From: Phoronis australis
Taxonomy: Eukaryota > Animalia > Phoronida
Length of the DNA: 64,000 bases
Direction of reading: 5' to 3'
NCBI GenBank assembly: GCA_002633005.1
Contig: NMRA01000009.1
Coordinates: 278,083-342,082, forward strand
The notes beneath the pieces were generated by a model that did no database searches, was not told the origin of the DNA, and saw only the letters and a list, made by a program, of their open reading frames with translations. Made by a program: the position numbers and the translations under genes. Shown piece by piece: positions 14,388 to 25,770 of the stretch. The stretch's first letter is position 1. Each line of letters begins with the position of its first letter.

Positions 14388-15217
14388 TATGGTAGTCCTG
14401 TTCAGGTAGTCCTGTTATGGTAATCTTGTTATGTTAGTCTTGTTAAGGTAGTCATGTTATGGTAATCTTGTTATGTTAGTCTTGTTAAGGTAGTCCTGTT
14501 ATGGTAGTCTTGATATGGTAGTCTTGTTAAGGTAGTCCTGTTATGGTAGTCTTGTTATGGTAGTCTTGTTAAGGTAGTCCTGTCATGGTAGTCTTGTTAT
14601 GTTAGTCTTGTTATGGTAGTCTTGTTAAGGTACTCCTGAAGCGTGTTCAATAGAGTGAGCGCCCGCGAGCAATTTTTGCTCCCTCGTCCTGAACAGCTGT
14701 GTTCACGTTAGCGCTCGCGAACAACCTCGAGAGCATGTTCGCTTAGATTTCCAAGATGGCGTCCTGCGAAGGCTTTACGTCTGCAACATATGAACCCATT
14801 ATGGTTCTGCAACACGAAAACTAACCTCAAAAGTTGACCGACTCATCCGAAACTGCGACTTAAATTGCGGGTCGCTGTAGCAAGGAACAGTTTCCTCGAC
14901 ATAATTTTCGATTCTTGTCGGGCCAAAGCCTTCACGGTTGTTGTCTTGGGCTGCCGATATTAATAATTATTGGCAAAGATTAATCATATTTATCGCTCAG
15001 TATGCCATAGGAAGGACTGTTAGTGTTAAGCTCATCGGCGTTCAACACAATCTGCTTCAGAGTCGCCATACTGGATCGCACAGTGAGCGCTCACAGCTCT
15101 TCAGGAGCTGTTCCTTGTGTTCGCGAGTACACGCTAGCGGGCGCTCACTCTGTTGAACACGCTTCTGTTATGGTAGTCTTGTTATGGTAGTCTTGTTATG
15201 GTAGTCTTGTTAAGGTA
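14388..15217. repeat. 14-bp minisatellite (A[T/A]GGTAGTC[T/C]TGTT)n interrupted by a MITE at 14639-15164
   Basis: Tandem units at 14388-14638 resume at 15165-15217. Confidence 0.9.
14639..15164. mobile_element. MITE with 32-bp TIRs and 3-bp CTG TSD, PIF/Harbinger-like (CWG target)
   Basis: Left TIR AAGCGTGTTCAATAGAGTGAGCGCCCGCGAGC versus right-end reverse complement AAGCGTGTTCAACAGAGTGAGCGCCCGCTAGC (2 mismatches). CTG is duplicated at 14636-14638 and 15165-15167, and removing the element restores the satellite unit. Confidence 0.85.
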
Positions 15218-15839
15218 TAAAAACAAGTAATAATGAGTAAACACAAGCTCAGCTACCTCCTGATATTACATACCCTGGGATGGGTGTAGTGTTGTCTGTC
15301 AACTAGAGTTGTGTCATCTGCATATACCGTAGCTTAGAGTTACAATATGATCTTTTCACTGGGAATGCAACATGTCCATTGCATATTCAAAACATAAGCA
15401 GATGATGTTTACAATGACATAGTGTATTATCTGGAATATAAGGTCATGGCTTTAAAAGCCAAATAATGCGTTCTTTGAGAACACTTAAAAACGCAAGACG
15501 TCCAGAGTGGAAGCCCACGGCCTCATATTTGAATGTCAGGTCATGCCGTTGTTTTTGGATATAAGGTAAGCCTGCTATCATTTTTTTTTGTTTTTGACAA
15601 TCATTTGTGACCAAAATGTTAAGTAATGTCTAAGATTATGTAATAGTGCTTGGCTAAAAACATTCCTTAAGGGAGAATGCCACGCGATTTAATTAGTCTT
15701 TTTTACCGTCTTGATTGGTCTGTATCCACATCACCTCGTATACGGTCAATCTTACCTCACCGAGAGGTGTCACGTTAACCTGTTAGGAACGTGAGAAACG
15801 ACGCAGCGACGTCAGTGGTTCTACAGAGTGAGTGCCACT

Positions 15840-16140
15840 ATGGTGTGGTGTATCGTTCCCGCTTGTGTGAACTAAGAAGCTACGAAGAGCGCGAGTATAT
15901 CGTTTTTTCGATTTCCTCGAGAACCCATAATGTATTGGAAGTGGCTCGTGGTAGTGAAGAATGAAAGTACGCTATTAATACCAAGTATGAGGTCATGAAA
16001 CATCTCGCGTCTGTGGCCTGCATTTCACCGACAGTGATTTCACCGAGGAATGCAGGCTCACCAAACACCTCATGCCAGGGCAGAAAAAGAGACTGAGGCT
16101 CAAGTCAGATGCTGTGCCTAGTGTGTTTGCGTTTGGCAGG
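15840..16140 (+). pseudogene. Degenerate THAP zinc-finger (N-terminus of a Kolobok-type transposase)
   Basis: Manual translation: MVWCIVPACVN*EATKSASISFFRFPREPIMYWKWLVVVK...(frameshift)...SRVCGLHFTDSDF...KKRLRLKSDAVPSVF. This shows the C2CH signature, FP, W and the AVP box, with a stop and frameshifts. Confidence 0.8.
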
Positions 16141-16279
16141 CAGGAGACAAACAAACACAGATCAGTTATTCGGTTTTTTTATTATGGAGAATTATAGTTG
16201 GCCATGAAAACACAAACAATTACAATTAATTCAAGACATGAGAACATAACGTTTTATATAACATTTTTTATGACTTACT

Positions 16280-16703
16280 CGTTCATAAGGCTTCTATTTG
16301 CCAGGTCCTCTGGGTGTAGGGTGTTTTCGCCAGTTCTTTTCCCAGCCCTAAGAAACGCCGTAAGCACACCTCTGTTTAGATGCAGTGCAAAATCAGGATG
16401 GTCCGTGAGACACGTCTACTCTTCTCCAAGAAGGCATTTCACTTGCGGAATTTCGTGGCAGCAAACGCAAGCGTCAGTCGTTTCCATTATCGTGCAGTTA
16501 GCGCAGTGACACCATGACAAGTCATTCAAACGGTTTTTGGCACTAATCCATATGTTCCGCTGTCTGTGCACGTTCACGGCGCCTCTCTAGTATTCTTGAT
16601 CACTGTATTGCGGTTTGAACTGATAGCCTGTGAAACCTAACGATCGACCTGTGAAGTCTTCCTTGAATGAGCACTCGTCTAAGTCGGGATTGCGAGTTGC
16701 CAT
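16280..16703 (-). pseudogene. Degenerate KolX / P2X7 C-terminal (ballast, nanor-like) Cys-rich domain fragment
   Basis: Manual minus-strand translation: MATRNPDLDECSFKEDFTGRSLGFTGYQFKPQYSDQEY*...NRLNDLSWCHCANCTIMETTDACVCCHEIPQVKCLLGEE*TCLTDHPDFALHLNRGVL. It matches the WCxCxxC..CxCCxE..CxTxHxxF..LN pattern and ends at a GA|GTAAGT-like donor near 16280. Confidence 0.75.
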
Positions 16704-17749
16704 GTTGACGTTTATTATTGTGCGTTTTGTTTCAAAATGAATTATTCTCACCCTAACCAATTCTTATATACCTAAAACTGAAACAAAGTCTGTCTCATTA
16801 GATATAATTTGTTATGCCTTTGGAGTGTTTGTGAGTGCAGATGTTTTGAGAAGCCAGCAATGAATAAATCACAACTTTACCGACTTTAGATGCAGTAAAG
16901 CTAATTGACCGGGCACTGAGGCCATGTGAGCGCATGCTAACGTGTTTGCTGACAGAAAGCTGTTGTGAAACAATAACTCAATTTTATATTCTATGGTCAG
17001 ATGTTGGGGAATTTTTATTTAGATATACATATATACATTATTCGTATCATTGTTAATTCACAACTTTTGACCTGACGGCTCTGTGGAGGAGTAACCCAGG
17101 CTGACTTCGCGGCCCCCGACGAGTAAGTAGATTTGCAGTTTCGCGGCTAATTCACCAAAATAATCATGTGCACATTATTTCTTTGGCTCACTAGTATAGT
17201 CGTTTCGTGACTGGAAGTTTAGTTTCCAACTTTGGCTGGTTTGTGTTCGTGATGTCTTCAGTCCGGCCGCGATGGGCCTGATCGGTTTCCGAGCCACCGG
17301 GACAACAAGCATTTTGTGTGTTTTGAACTGAAAAAAATCATAAGTTAAAAATTACAACACACAGCTATATTGTCTTGTCTGTATTTCACAGAAGAATTCG
17401 AATTTATCACAGAACAGACCCCAAACTCCCGCGACCGACCTTGGTAAATTGGCCTACCGAACTTTGTAGTCTACAGTACGTTCAAATACCTATAAATCCG
17501 TTACAGCGAAATAACACGTTTGTTCAAGAACTTGATGTATTTGTAAGGGTTTGACATGGTATTTTAATGATTTATTGGTGTAAAAGGATGAATTCAAGCG
17601 ATAAGCTAAAACCAGTAAGTGTGTTGTGAACTGCTGAACAGACTGCGTTCGATCTGTGACGTCACTGGTTAATTTCAACACCTCCAAGACTGTAGCCTAT
17701 TTCTTACTGATTTCTGACATCTACGTTCGTCATATGAATGTTTTCATGT

Positions 17750-18220
17750 TGTTCATCATCATCATTATATTCATCATCTTTGTCATCATCTCCATCGTCG
17801 TCGTTTCAGTTAATTTTGCCAAGTGTCGCTCCTCTGAGTGCTCTCGGTTTTTTGATGGTTTGCACTTTACAGGTTGCAATTTTTGTCCGATCATCACAAA
17901 ATGTACTCACAACTTGTAATTTCGAAAGTAGAGGAATCCTATTGTTTTTCGTCCTAATCGGATCCAAGATGGCGGATATGGCAGCCATTATGTTTTCAAT
18001 TTCACATTCAAATGCCCATAGAGGCCACAATTTTTTAGGTACACGGCTGAAAATTGGTACGATAAATGTACTATATGTTTGCTAGGAATGTGCAGGAAAT
18101 CATCAACTTCCGGTTAAAGATGACGGAAATGTTAACAATTACGCATGCCCACCTCGCTTTCGGGCTAAAAACATTTTCTCCTGTAGAGGGTCTCGCCAAG
18201 TGTTGCTCCTCCGAGCGCTT
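17750..18220 (+). mobile_element. Partial HINE/Helentron-like repeat, family C, copy 1, with a preceding (CAT)n microsatellite
   Basis: 17868-18190 aligns by eye to 26657-26978 (CAGGT.GCAATTTT.GTCCGATCATCAC...ATCGGATCCAAGATGGCGG...TTTTCTCCTGTAGAGGG). Confidence 0.7.
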
Positions 18221-19749
18221 TCATTTATATTGCGTAGGACTTGTAAAAGAACTTTTGGTAAATTTCACATAATTTGTAGTAAAGTAAGCAGCCTTTGTAA
18301 AATGGAAAAATACTATTTTTGACAATTTTTGTGTGATATAAGTGGAAAATTACCCTGTAATAAAATGACTTTGACATATGAAATAAAATGAACTCATGTT
18401 GTGAACATTTACAAAAATCAGAGCTTCTGTCTTGAAAAGTCCAGTAGCCAACTACATGTTTACTGTTTCCAGTTCAATAGATAAATTAGCTATTGTGAGC
18501 ATTTTTTACAGATGTTTATGAACTGTTAACCATTTTAATGGCTAATTAAAAACAAGTGTTGGCTACCTAGTAAGACGTTTGTCATTGCAGTAATCTCATT
18601 TCCACATACCACTTTGGCACAAATTTTCTTCTCTCTAAACTTTGTTATACAAAGTATGGTCTAAGAGGCATAAATTATTTCCAGGTATTTACTCCCACAC
18701 TTCGTGAAACATTGCTAAACCATCATTTTATGACGTCATCTCACATATAATATTTAAGCAAAGAAAAAAGTGTTAGAATGTCGGCACACTTTTCTCTTAC
18801 CATCTCTTAAAAGCTGTCATGCAATATTGTTTACTAAATAACACCAATGTGGCCATATTTTTCTCTTAGTGTTTATGCCTGGTGAAAATAGGTCTTAATA
18901 AAATCTTGTGGTTTCTTGTGAGTATCAACAAGATGGAGGTTGACATTTACTCTTCCTATGATGTTCCCCTGGTCAGCAATGAGTTTTACTGCCATCACTA
19001 AAGTATGCTGGCAATTTTGGTCCGTTTTTACTTTTTGTGCGCTCACGTAGAAAGCTAATTACTGAGACTTTTCTGTGTCTCCTAGAGTTTTGTGAGTTAA
19101 TTAGATTTTAGAAACAAAACCTCAGACAGTTCACATATTCAGGATTGCTCTGCCATGTTTTAGACTCATTCTGTGCCCATGTAAATGCCAATGTGAAATG
19201 GTAGGAGTCCAACGTTAGACCAAGTCCTGGTACTAATGTCAGTCTCATGCAAGAGAGATAGGAGCTGGTTTCTGTGTGACTAATACTGAACAATGCCTTA
19301 ATACAGTGAAGGAGAAACTGGCTGCATGGAACCCACGCTATTGTAAGCACCCGCTCCTTACTTTTGACAATTGTCAATTAAAGCATTCACTGCTCAAAGT
19401 CATTTTCAAAACAAAACGCTTTTAAATACAGATTCAGGATCCATTTTGAGTCGCAGTTTGTAGTCGTTGCCTAGGACATAGCATTCTGCTCGCGTCTTCT
19501 ACAGTGCATTAAAAATGGCTTTGTAGTTGAAATTGACACTTAACGAGAATATAGTCAGCCACATACTTTCATTCTAAGCAAGAACAAATTATTTTTCAAT
19601 ATAATTCATCTTTTCTAGAAGTTTTTAGGTGTAAAATCCTGACATTTACCTCCTTATAGCAAGTAATCAGTGCCAAGGGAGAAAACAGGAATCATTCAAT
19701 GATGGAAATTCACACCAAGTTCAAGTATTGTGGCTTTTTATTTTATGCA

Positions 19750-20175
19750 TATTAATTACGAAATACGTAAACAACATAAGTCATAAGATTTTTTGCTTGT
19801 GAAATTTGCACTGCATCGTTCAAGTGCATGAAAAATGTCATTTGGATGTTTTTCAATTGTTCAAGTTTTGAACTACAAACAAAACAAGGTTTGTGTCTAG
19901 ATTTATCTTACTTTGCATCTTCTACGACTTTGATGACAATTATAAAGCAAGTCAGTCTTATTATGTTGTTTAGAGAGTGGGGACTCAACTTTAGCATCAG
20001 CAAGTAGCCTTAAAAACAAATTCTTTGAACTTGGGGTCATACATGGCTAGAGCCACTGTCTGGCTCTGGTTAAGTGCTCAATTTCTTGAAATTTCAGATT
20101 TAAATGCCCATCTTTGTCGTAAGCGCCCACCCCCAAATTCCTGGATTGCCAATTTAAGTACCCAGGGGGTTTAAA
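19750..20175 (+). mobile_element. Old degenerate TE fragment with a family-B-like right end and an interior similar to the hAT5-like element
   Basis: 20100-20170 (GTCGTAAGCGCCCACCCCC...TGCCAATTTAAG) resembles the family B right end; 19770-19990 resembles 40498-40840. Confidence 0.55.
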
Positions 20176-20979
20176 GTAATTTTGTTCTACTGCGCCATGA
20201 TAAATTACTCTTGACAGTTAAAATGACATGATTCAGTAATTTGTAGAATTTCATTTTCTTTATCTCTGCTTTATTTGGTCAGTGGTGTGTTGCAGTACAT
20301 GAAATCATCTGTTTCCATTATTAGATTTTCATAACTGCCAATAATCCTGTTATGTAGCAAATAGAAACAACAAATAATTTACCCCCTGTGCCTGGTCTGA
20401 TATGATATTGTATTCCCCAGCTTAAAGCCTATATTGAACAGTAACACCTGTAAATTTGGTTCCTACAGTATGTTAATAAGAGCATCGCTCTGAGTCCACT
20501 AGTGCCATAAATTGCCAATTGTAACAACTCACTGTTAGGCGTATTGGCTTGCTTTTGTCTATGTCACGGCGAGAATCGCATTTTAATTCAAACAGCTGCG
20601 AATAACACCCGCTCGCAGTGGTGTTCTATGCAGACCCCTATTCAATACAACTGTTATCCTCCTTTTGTTGTTTGTGCTTGGATCTCGCTGTGACGCAACA
20701 TGACACGAAAAGACTGCTTCACTTATCATTTGACGGGCTTACATTTGCGCGATTGAATTCGCGTTTTCTTATTTTACTATGACTGCTAGGACTATCTGGT
20801 TTGCCCAGTATATCTAAAATAACAAAATTCCATTGAAGTTAGTCTTTAATGTCTGTCAGGCTTCCTTACTACTGAAGAATTTTCATCACATTTTGCTGGC
20901 GAGAATCCTTGCAGTCAGTCACACTAGATATGCCATACGCAGAACTAGATGAATAGAAGTCCAGTATCTATTATACGTA

Positions 20980-21300
20980 AAATGCATGGTTCACTCAAAC
21001 TCCGTTTCTCTCGCCTCACTGCAGACCTTCGTTGTTCGCGTTTCGGCGCCGCCTTGGTCCTAGGTATTGCATAGGTTCTCTATTTAGATTCGAGGTGCTC
21101 TATTTTTTTCTCGCGAGCTGTTCTTACGTGGAGGGAGGGTGGCCACTTTTGTACTGGCCTTGGTGACGTCCGTACGTCGACTCAACGACCTGGGTGACGT
21201 CAGTCTGTTGACTTTATTTCACTCCCTCTGGCTTCCGTCGCGTATATACTTCTTTGGGCCAGTCGCCACCCAAGTTAATGATGTCATTAAAAACTAACAA
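20980..21300. promoter_or_regulatory. CpG-rich segment with CRE/ATF motifs; possible alternative promoter or TE-derived
   Basis: High local CpG density in an otherwise CpG-poor region; TGACGTCA at 21195-21202 and TGACGTC at 21164-21170. Confidence 0.3.
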
Positions 21301-22870
21301 ACTCTTCCTTGAGCAAACTTAATTATTTACTGATGTTGGAAAAATTGGCATTGTATTGTTATTTTGTTGCTAAATTGTGATGCGCTCTTTTGGGTTGGCA
21401 TTCAGCGCCATTGCGTCACCTATTGGCCAGTTTCCCCGATTCTGCAATCAACTGTTCTTCTCTTTCACGAGGTTGCGTACATATTATAACAATCGAAACT
21501 GGTTTCATTTTGTTACAAGTTTTTAGTATTTTACCATGCCATCAAACCCAATTTGCTGCGAAGCTGCCATCATCTCCCCAAGAGATATCGCAAAATGTCA
21601 GTAGGAAATGGCACATGTGCGTGTCATGAGCGCATTGTTTTCAAATCGACAACAGACTTTCTTTGTTACAAAAGGCAGGGAATTACGCAAAAATGTTGGG
21701 CAAGTTGAGGGTCGGTTGATTCCCAAAGATTCTGCATGCACCCTCGCCGGTCATTAGCTCTACTCTGATGTTGATCTAAGTTTGACAACATGGTGACCAG
21801 CTGAGCTACCCAGGTTGTGTGCCGTTCAGTGTCTAATGGAGCTCAAGACATGGCTGCCTAGCTGTAAGGTGACGTAAGTCTTCATACAGCTAGCTGGCTT
21901 TTTACCTTAGTATATACATTAATGATGTGACTTGTAAATACATTGTATACTTTGTGTACAATGGCCTTATTTGGTAATGCTTCATTAATTTTCACTTTAA
22001 GGAATAGCTGATTACCGCACTGGCATTATGTTACGGCAGGGTCAAATGTTCTGGAAAGAAAAAATATTTTTACTCCCTGGGGAAAGAATCCCGCAGCCAC
22101 ACACCCTGCCCTAAGTCTGACAGAACTTCTAATTGAAGCTTTAAAATAAAACGGTTTCTTCAAGAAATATCCCTGTCTCTTGTGATGGACACTAATGTTC
22201 ACTTGAAGGTGTAGCTATTTCCCCTTGGCATTTCCCATAGACTAGCCACTAGTTCTATTTAATTCCTTCATTGTTCTACTACTACTCGGAACCTGAATAC
22301 TTTACTGTTTATTGGCCCTTTCATAATGACTCCGTAACTCCGGTCTCAGCAGAGCGTCGATGTAAACTGCGAAGTTAACTGAACAGTTCATATCGGTTTC
22401 GGTAGTTAACAGACATTGAATTAAGCGGTTACAAAGGTGGCACTGTTGTCGCCGAAGTTATGGCAAGGTAGCGCTGATGCATGCTACACTAAGCTTTTTT
22501 AATTTGACAATTTGGGAACATTTACATGTTCTAATTGACTTGAAACTTATTTCAAAATATAAGCAACTATTAGCATCGACAGTGTCCTTTAATTGATGAC
22601 GATAACAGTGATCCCTGTCGATAACTTCGATAGGACCGAAGTTGACCGTTCATACTGCACCGCAGTGTCGACACTCCGCTGTTAAATCCACCTGTTTTCA
22701 GTGAAGTTAACTGGCGCTGTTAACTTTGATCCAGGACCGAAGTTAACTGTTCACACTGACTGCAACTCTCCAGTCTTGTGGTTGTGGAATGACAGAAGAT
22801 GATTTAAGTTGATAAAATAATGAGCTAATTATAAACGTACTAACATGGGAAATGTAGTGGGAGAATTAAG

Positions 22871-23087
22871 GCACACGCATGTATGTAACTGTGTAAGATC
22901 GCTGCACACGTGTGTATGTAACTGTGATGTAACTGTGTAATCTCGCTGCACACGCATATATGTAACTGTGTAATCTCGCTGCACACGCATATATGTAACT
23001 GTGTAAGATCGCTGCACACGCATATATGTAACTGTGTAATCTCGCTGCACACGCATGTATGTAACTGTGTAAGATTGCTGCACACAC
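22871..23087. repeat. 33-bp minisatellite (GCACACGCATATATGTAACTGTGTAATCTCGCT)n, ~6 copies
   Basis: Direct repeats with period 33. Confidence 0.92.
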
Positions 23088-23280
23088 TTCCCATCTTGTT
23101 ACACTGTCCTTGTTTTAGGTTCTTTGATTTTATTGTTCAAAACCAAGAACTTCAATTTCAGTTGTATATTGAGTTGCCAACAGAACCCATTTCCTTTGTA
23201 TACTTGATAACCTGATGCATTTGTGTATTAAAGCTTTTCCATGAAGACCATACCATTTTTACATCGTAGTCTTTATATTT

Positions 23281-23474
23281 AAAACAGCTTATTATTAAAA
23301 TGACATATGCAAAAAATTGAATTTCTGGCCTCAAAAGTGAGGCCCTCCTATATTAATATAGAAGGCCTTGCCAAAAGGGGGTTGAAGAGGGCCTCACTTT
23401 TGAGGCCTGAAATTCAATTTTTTGCCTATGTCATTTTAATAAGAATAAGTCATTTTAAATAATAAGCTGTTTTT
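23281..23474. mobile_element. Short foldback/palindromic MITE-like element
   Basis: Left arm AAAACAGCTTATTATTAAAATGAC...GAATTTCTGGCCTCAAAAGTGAGGCCCTC pairs with GAGGGCCTCACTTTTGAGGCCTGAAATTC...GTCATTTTAA...AATAAGCTGTTTT around a ~40-nt loop. Confidence 0.75.
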
Positions 23475-25503
23475 TATTCTCATGTCAACTAAGACTTAAC
23501 ACTAATCAAACAGTAGTGTTTGAGTCAGTTAATTCATTCAAATGCCAGTGTGAAGATGGTTGTGGTGTGGGAATGCTACTTTCACACTTGGCAACCTTTT
23601 CACTGGAATATGCTGTCACATGATCTTATGACATGAGAACACAGTGGTAATGTGGAAATGCTACTTTCACTCTTGGCAACCTTATCTCTGGATGATGCAG
23701 CTCCATCATCTTGTGACATGAGAAACTTGACCACTACAATAACTCAAATGTCATCGAGATGGGACTAATTGGAAAAAAATTAAATTTAGTCCTGAAGTTT
23801 CGGTTGAGTTCAGTTGACTTTTCCTTATCTGGGAAAGCAAAATGACGAGTAAAAATGGAACATGGTAACGATTTTCTGCGTTGGTCCAAAGGTATGATTC
23901 GTGTAACATTTTGACTCTCATTTTATCAACAATCTGGGCTGTATCTTAAAGCTGTATTTTCCCCGTTTTGCTGGGTAAGAAAGCAAAAAATTCAATTAGC
24001 CCTTTTACTCTTATAAAATCAGTCTCAAAATTTCCATCATCACAATAATTTTGGTTTGGTTAAGATACAATGTAAAACATTTTTAAGGTGACAGCTAAAC
24101 AGGANTACCTCAAGATCATACACAAACATACATTATTGTCAACCTTTGAATTCAGAAATCGATAGGCAGCAACGAAATCGGTAACCCAGTAAGGCACTTG
24201 TACTGTCCCTTCGGTCGCCACACATCCTCTATAACCCGGCAGTTACATTCATCAAAATATTGAGAATTTGACATCTTTCCGTGAGTTGTGAGATTTGTTA
24301 AAAATACGAGAGCTTCCCACCTTAATAGAATTTGGAGGGTTGGCAAAACCATTGTCACATTTCTCTGGCCTGATTTTTTCGAATATATGTTTTATCTTGT
24401 GCACTACAGATGGAAACTCAGCGCGGCAGACAAAGTCGCTGAAAGCGGAGGTTTTGACGCCGGCGGCGTTCTTAAATTTTGCAAACATGGTAAGAAAATA
24501 TAGTGACAAAAACGTTCAAGTATTATATTTAGAAGTGAGTCCATGACCCAAGACAATAACTCGTTACTTGAATTGTAATTTCACATTGCTGAACCACCGT
24601 CTCGGAAGCCCGGCGTCGTTGCGCTCTTTGTGATCATCAATCTTTTTCTAAAAGTCGGGAAATCGTACGTTTCCTTAGCACTGGGGCTAAATCTTCATTC
24701 TTTAAAAGTCGGGGATGGGCGCTTAACCTAGAGGTGGGCACTTAATTGGAAATCTTCAAAAATCGCAGGGGGGCGCTTAACCGAGCAGTGGGCGGTTAAA
24801 TCGAAAATCCACCTAAAGTAGGGGGTGGGCGGTTAACTGAGCATGGGCGTTAACCCGAACGTTTACGGTATTTTATTCTGATGTCAACGAAGACTTAACA
24901 CTAATCAAACAGTAGGGTTTGAGTCAGTTAATTTATTCAAATGCCAGTGTGAAGATGGTTGTGGTGTGGAAATGCTACTTTCACACTTGGCAACCTTTTC
25001 ACTGGAATATGCTGTCACATGATCATATGACATGAGAACACAGTGGTGATGTGGAAATGCTACTTTCACACTTGGCAACCTTATCTCTGGATGATGCCGC
25101 TCCATCATCTTGTGACATGAGAAACTTGACCACTACAATAACTCAAATGTCATCGAGATGGGACTAATTGGAAAAAAATCAAATTTAGTCCTGAAGTTTC
25201 GGTTGAGTTCAGTTGACTTTTCCTTATCTGGGAAAGCAAAATGACGAGTAAAAATGGAACATGGTAACGATTTTCTGCGTTGGTCCAAAGGTATGATTCG
25301 TGTAACATTTTGACACTCATTTTATCAACAATCTGGGCTGTATCTTAAAGCTGTATTTTCCCCGTTTTGCTGGGTAAGAAAGCAAAAAATTCAATTAGCC
25401 CTTTTACTCTTATAAAATCAGTCTCAAAATTTCCATCATCACAATAATTTTGGTTTGGTTAAGATACAATGTAAAACATTTTTAAGGTGACAGCTAAACA
25501 GGA
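23471..25503. repeat. ~635-bp near-identical direct duplication (23471-24104 vs 24871-25503) spanning an N gap
   Basis: The two copies are collinear with only scattered substitutions; the first ends exactly at N 24105. Confidence 0.9.
24106..24868 (-). mobile_element. Left ~760 bp of a Tc2/pogo-like family B element in inverted orientation
   Basis: Reverse complement of 37445-38405, but with a single 46-bp unit. Terminus ...GGGCGTTAACCCGAACGTTTACGG|TA; truncated by N 24105. Confidence 0.88.
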
Positions 25504-25649
25504 TGAAATACAGCTTTAAATATTTGCCTAAACTTGTAAAACTCTTCATGAGTTATGTTTGTTCTGTGTGATCATGTAGGTTTGATTTAATTTTGTTATA
25601 AATTTTCACGTTGTATAGAAACAATGTCAAGATGGTAGCCATGTCAATT

Positions 25650-25770
25650 TTGCCTTTGCTATGATCATGCAGGCTTATAATCCTAGACAAAAATGGCCCC
25701 TGACATCTTGCCTTTGCTATGATCATCCAGGCTTATATTCCTAGACAAAAATGGCCTCTGACATCTTGCC
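25650..25770. repeat. 58-bp tandem duplication
   Basis: TTGCCTTTGCTATGATCAT.CAGGCTTATA.TCCTAGACAAAAATGGCC.CTGACATC occurs twice. Confidence 0.9.

Larger units (their letters stand above)
15671..16720. mobile_element. Internally deleted Kolobok-type DNA transposon (THAP transposase 5' end facing a KolX-like 5' end); right terminus not resolved
   Basis: Candidate left end TTAA|GGGAGAATGCC at 15667-15681. It contains the two convergent pseudogene fragments listed next. Confidence 0.6.
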
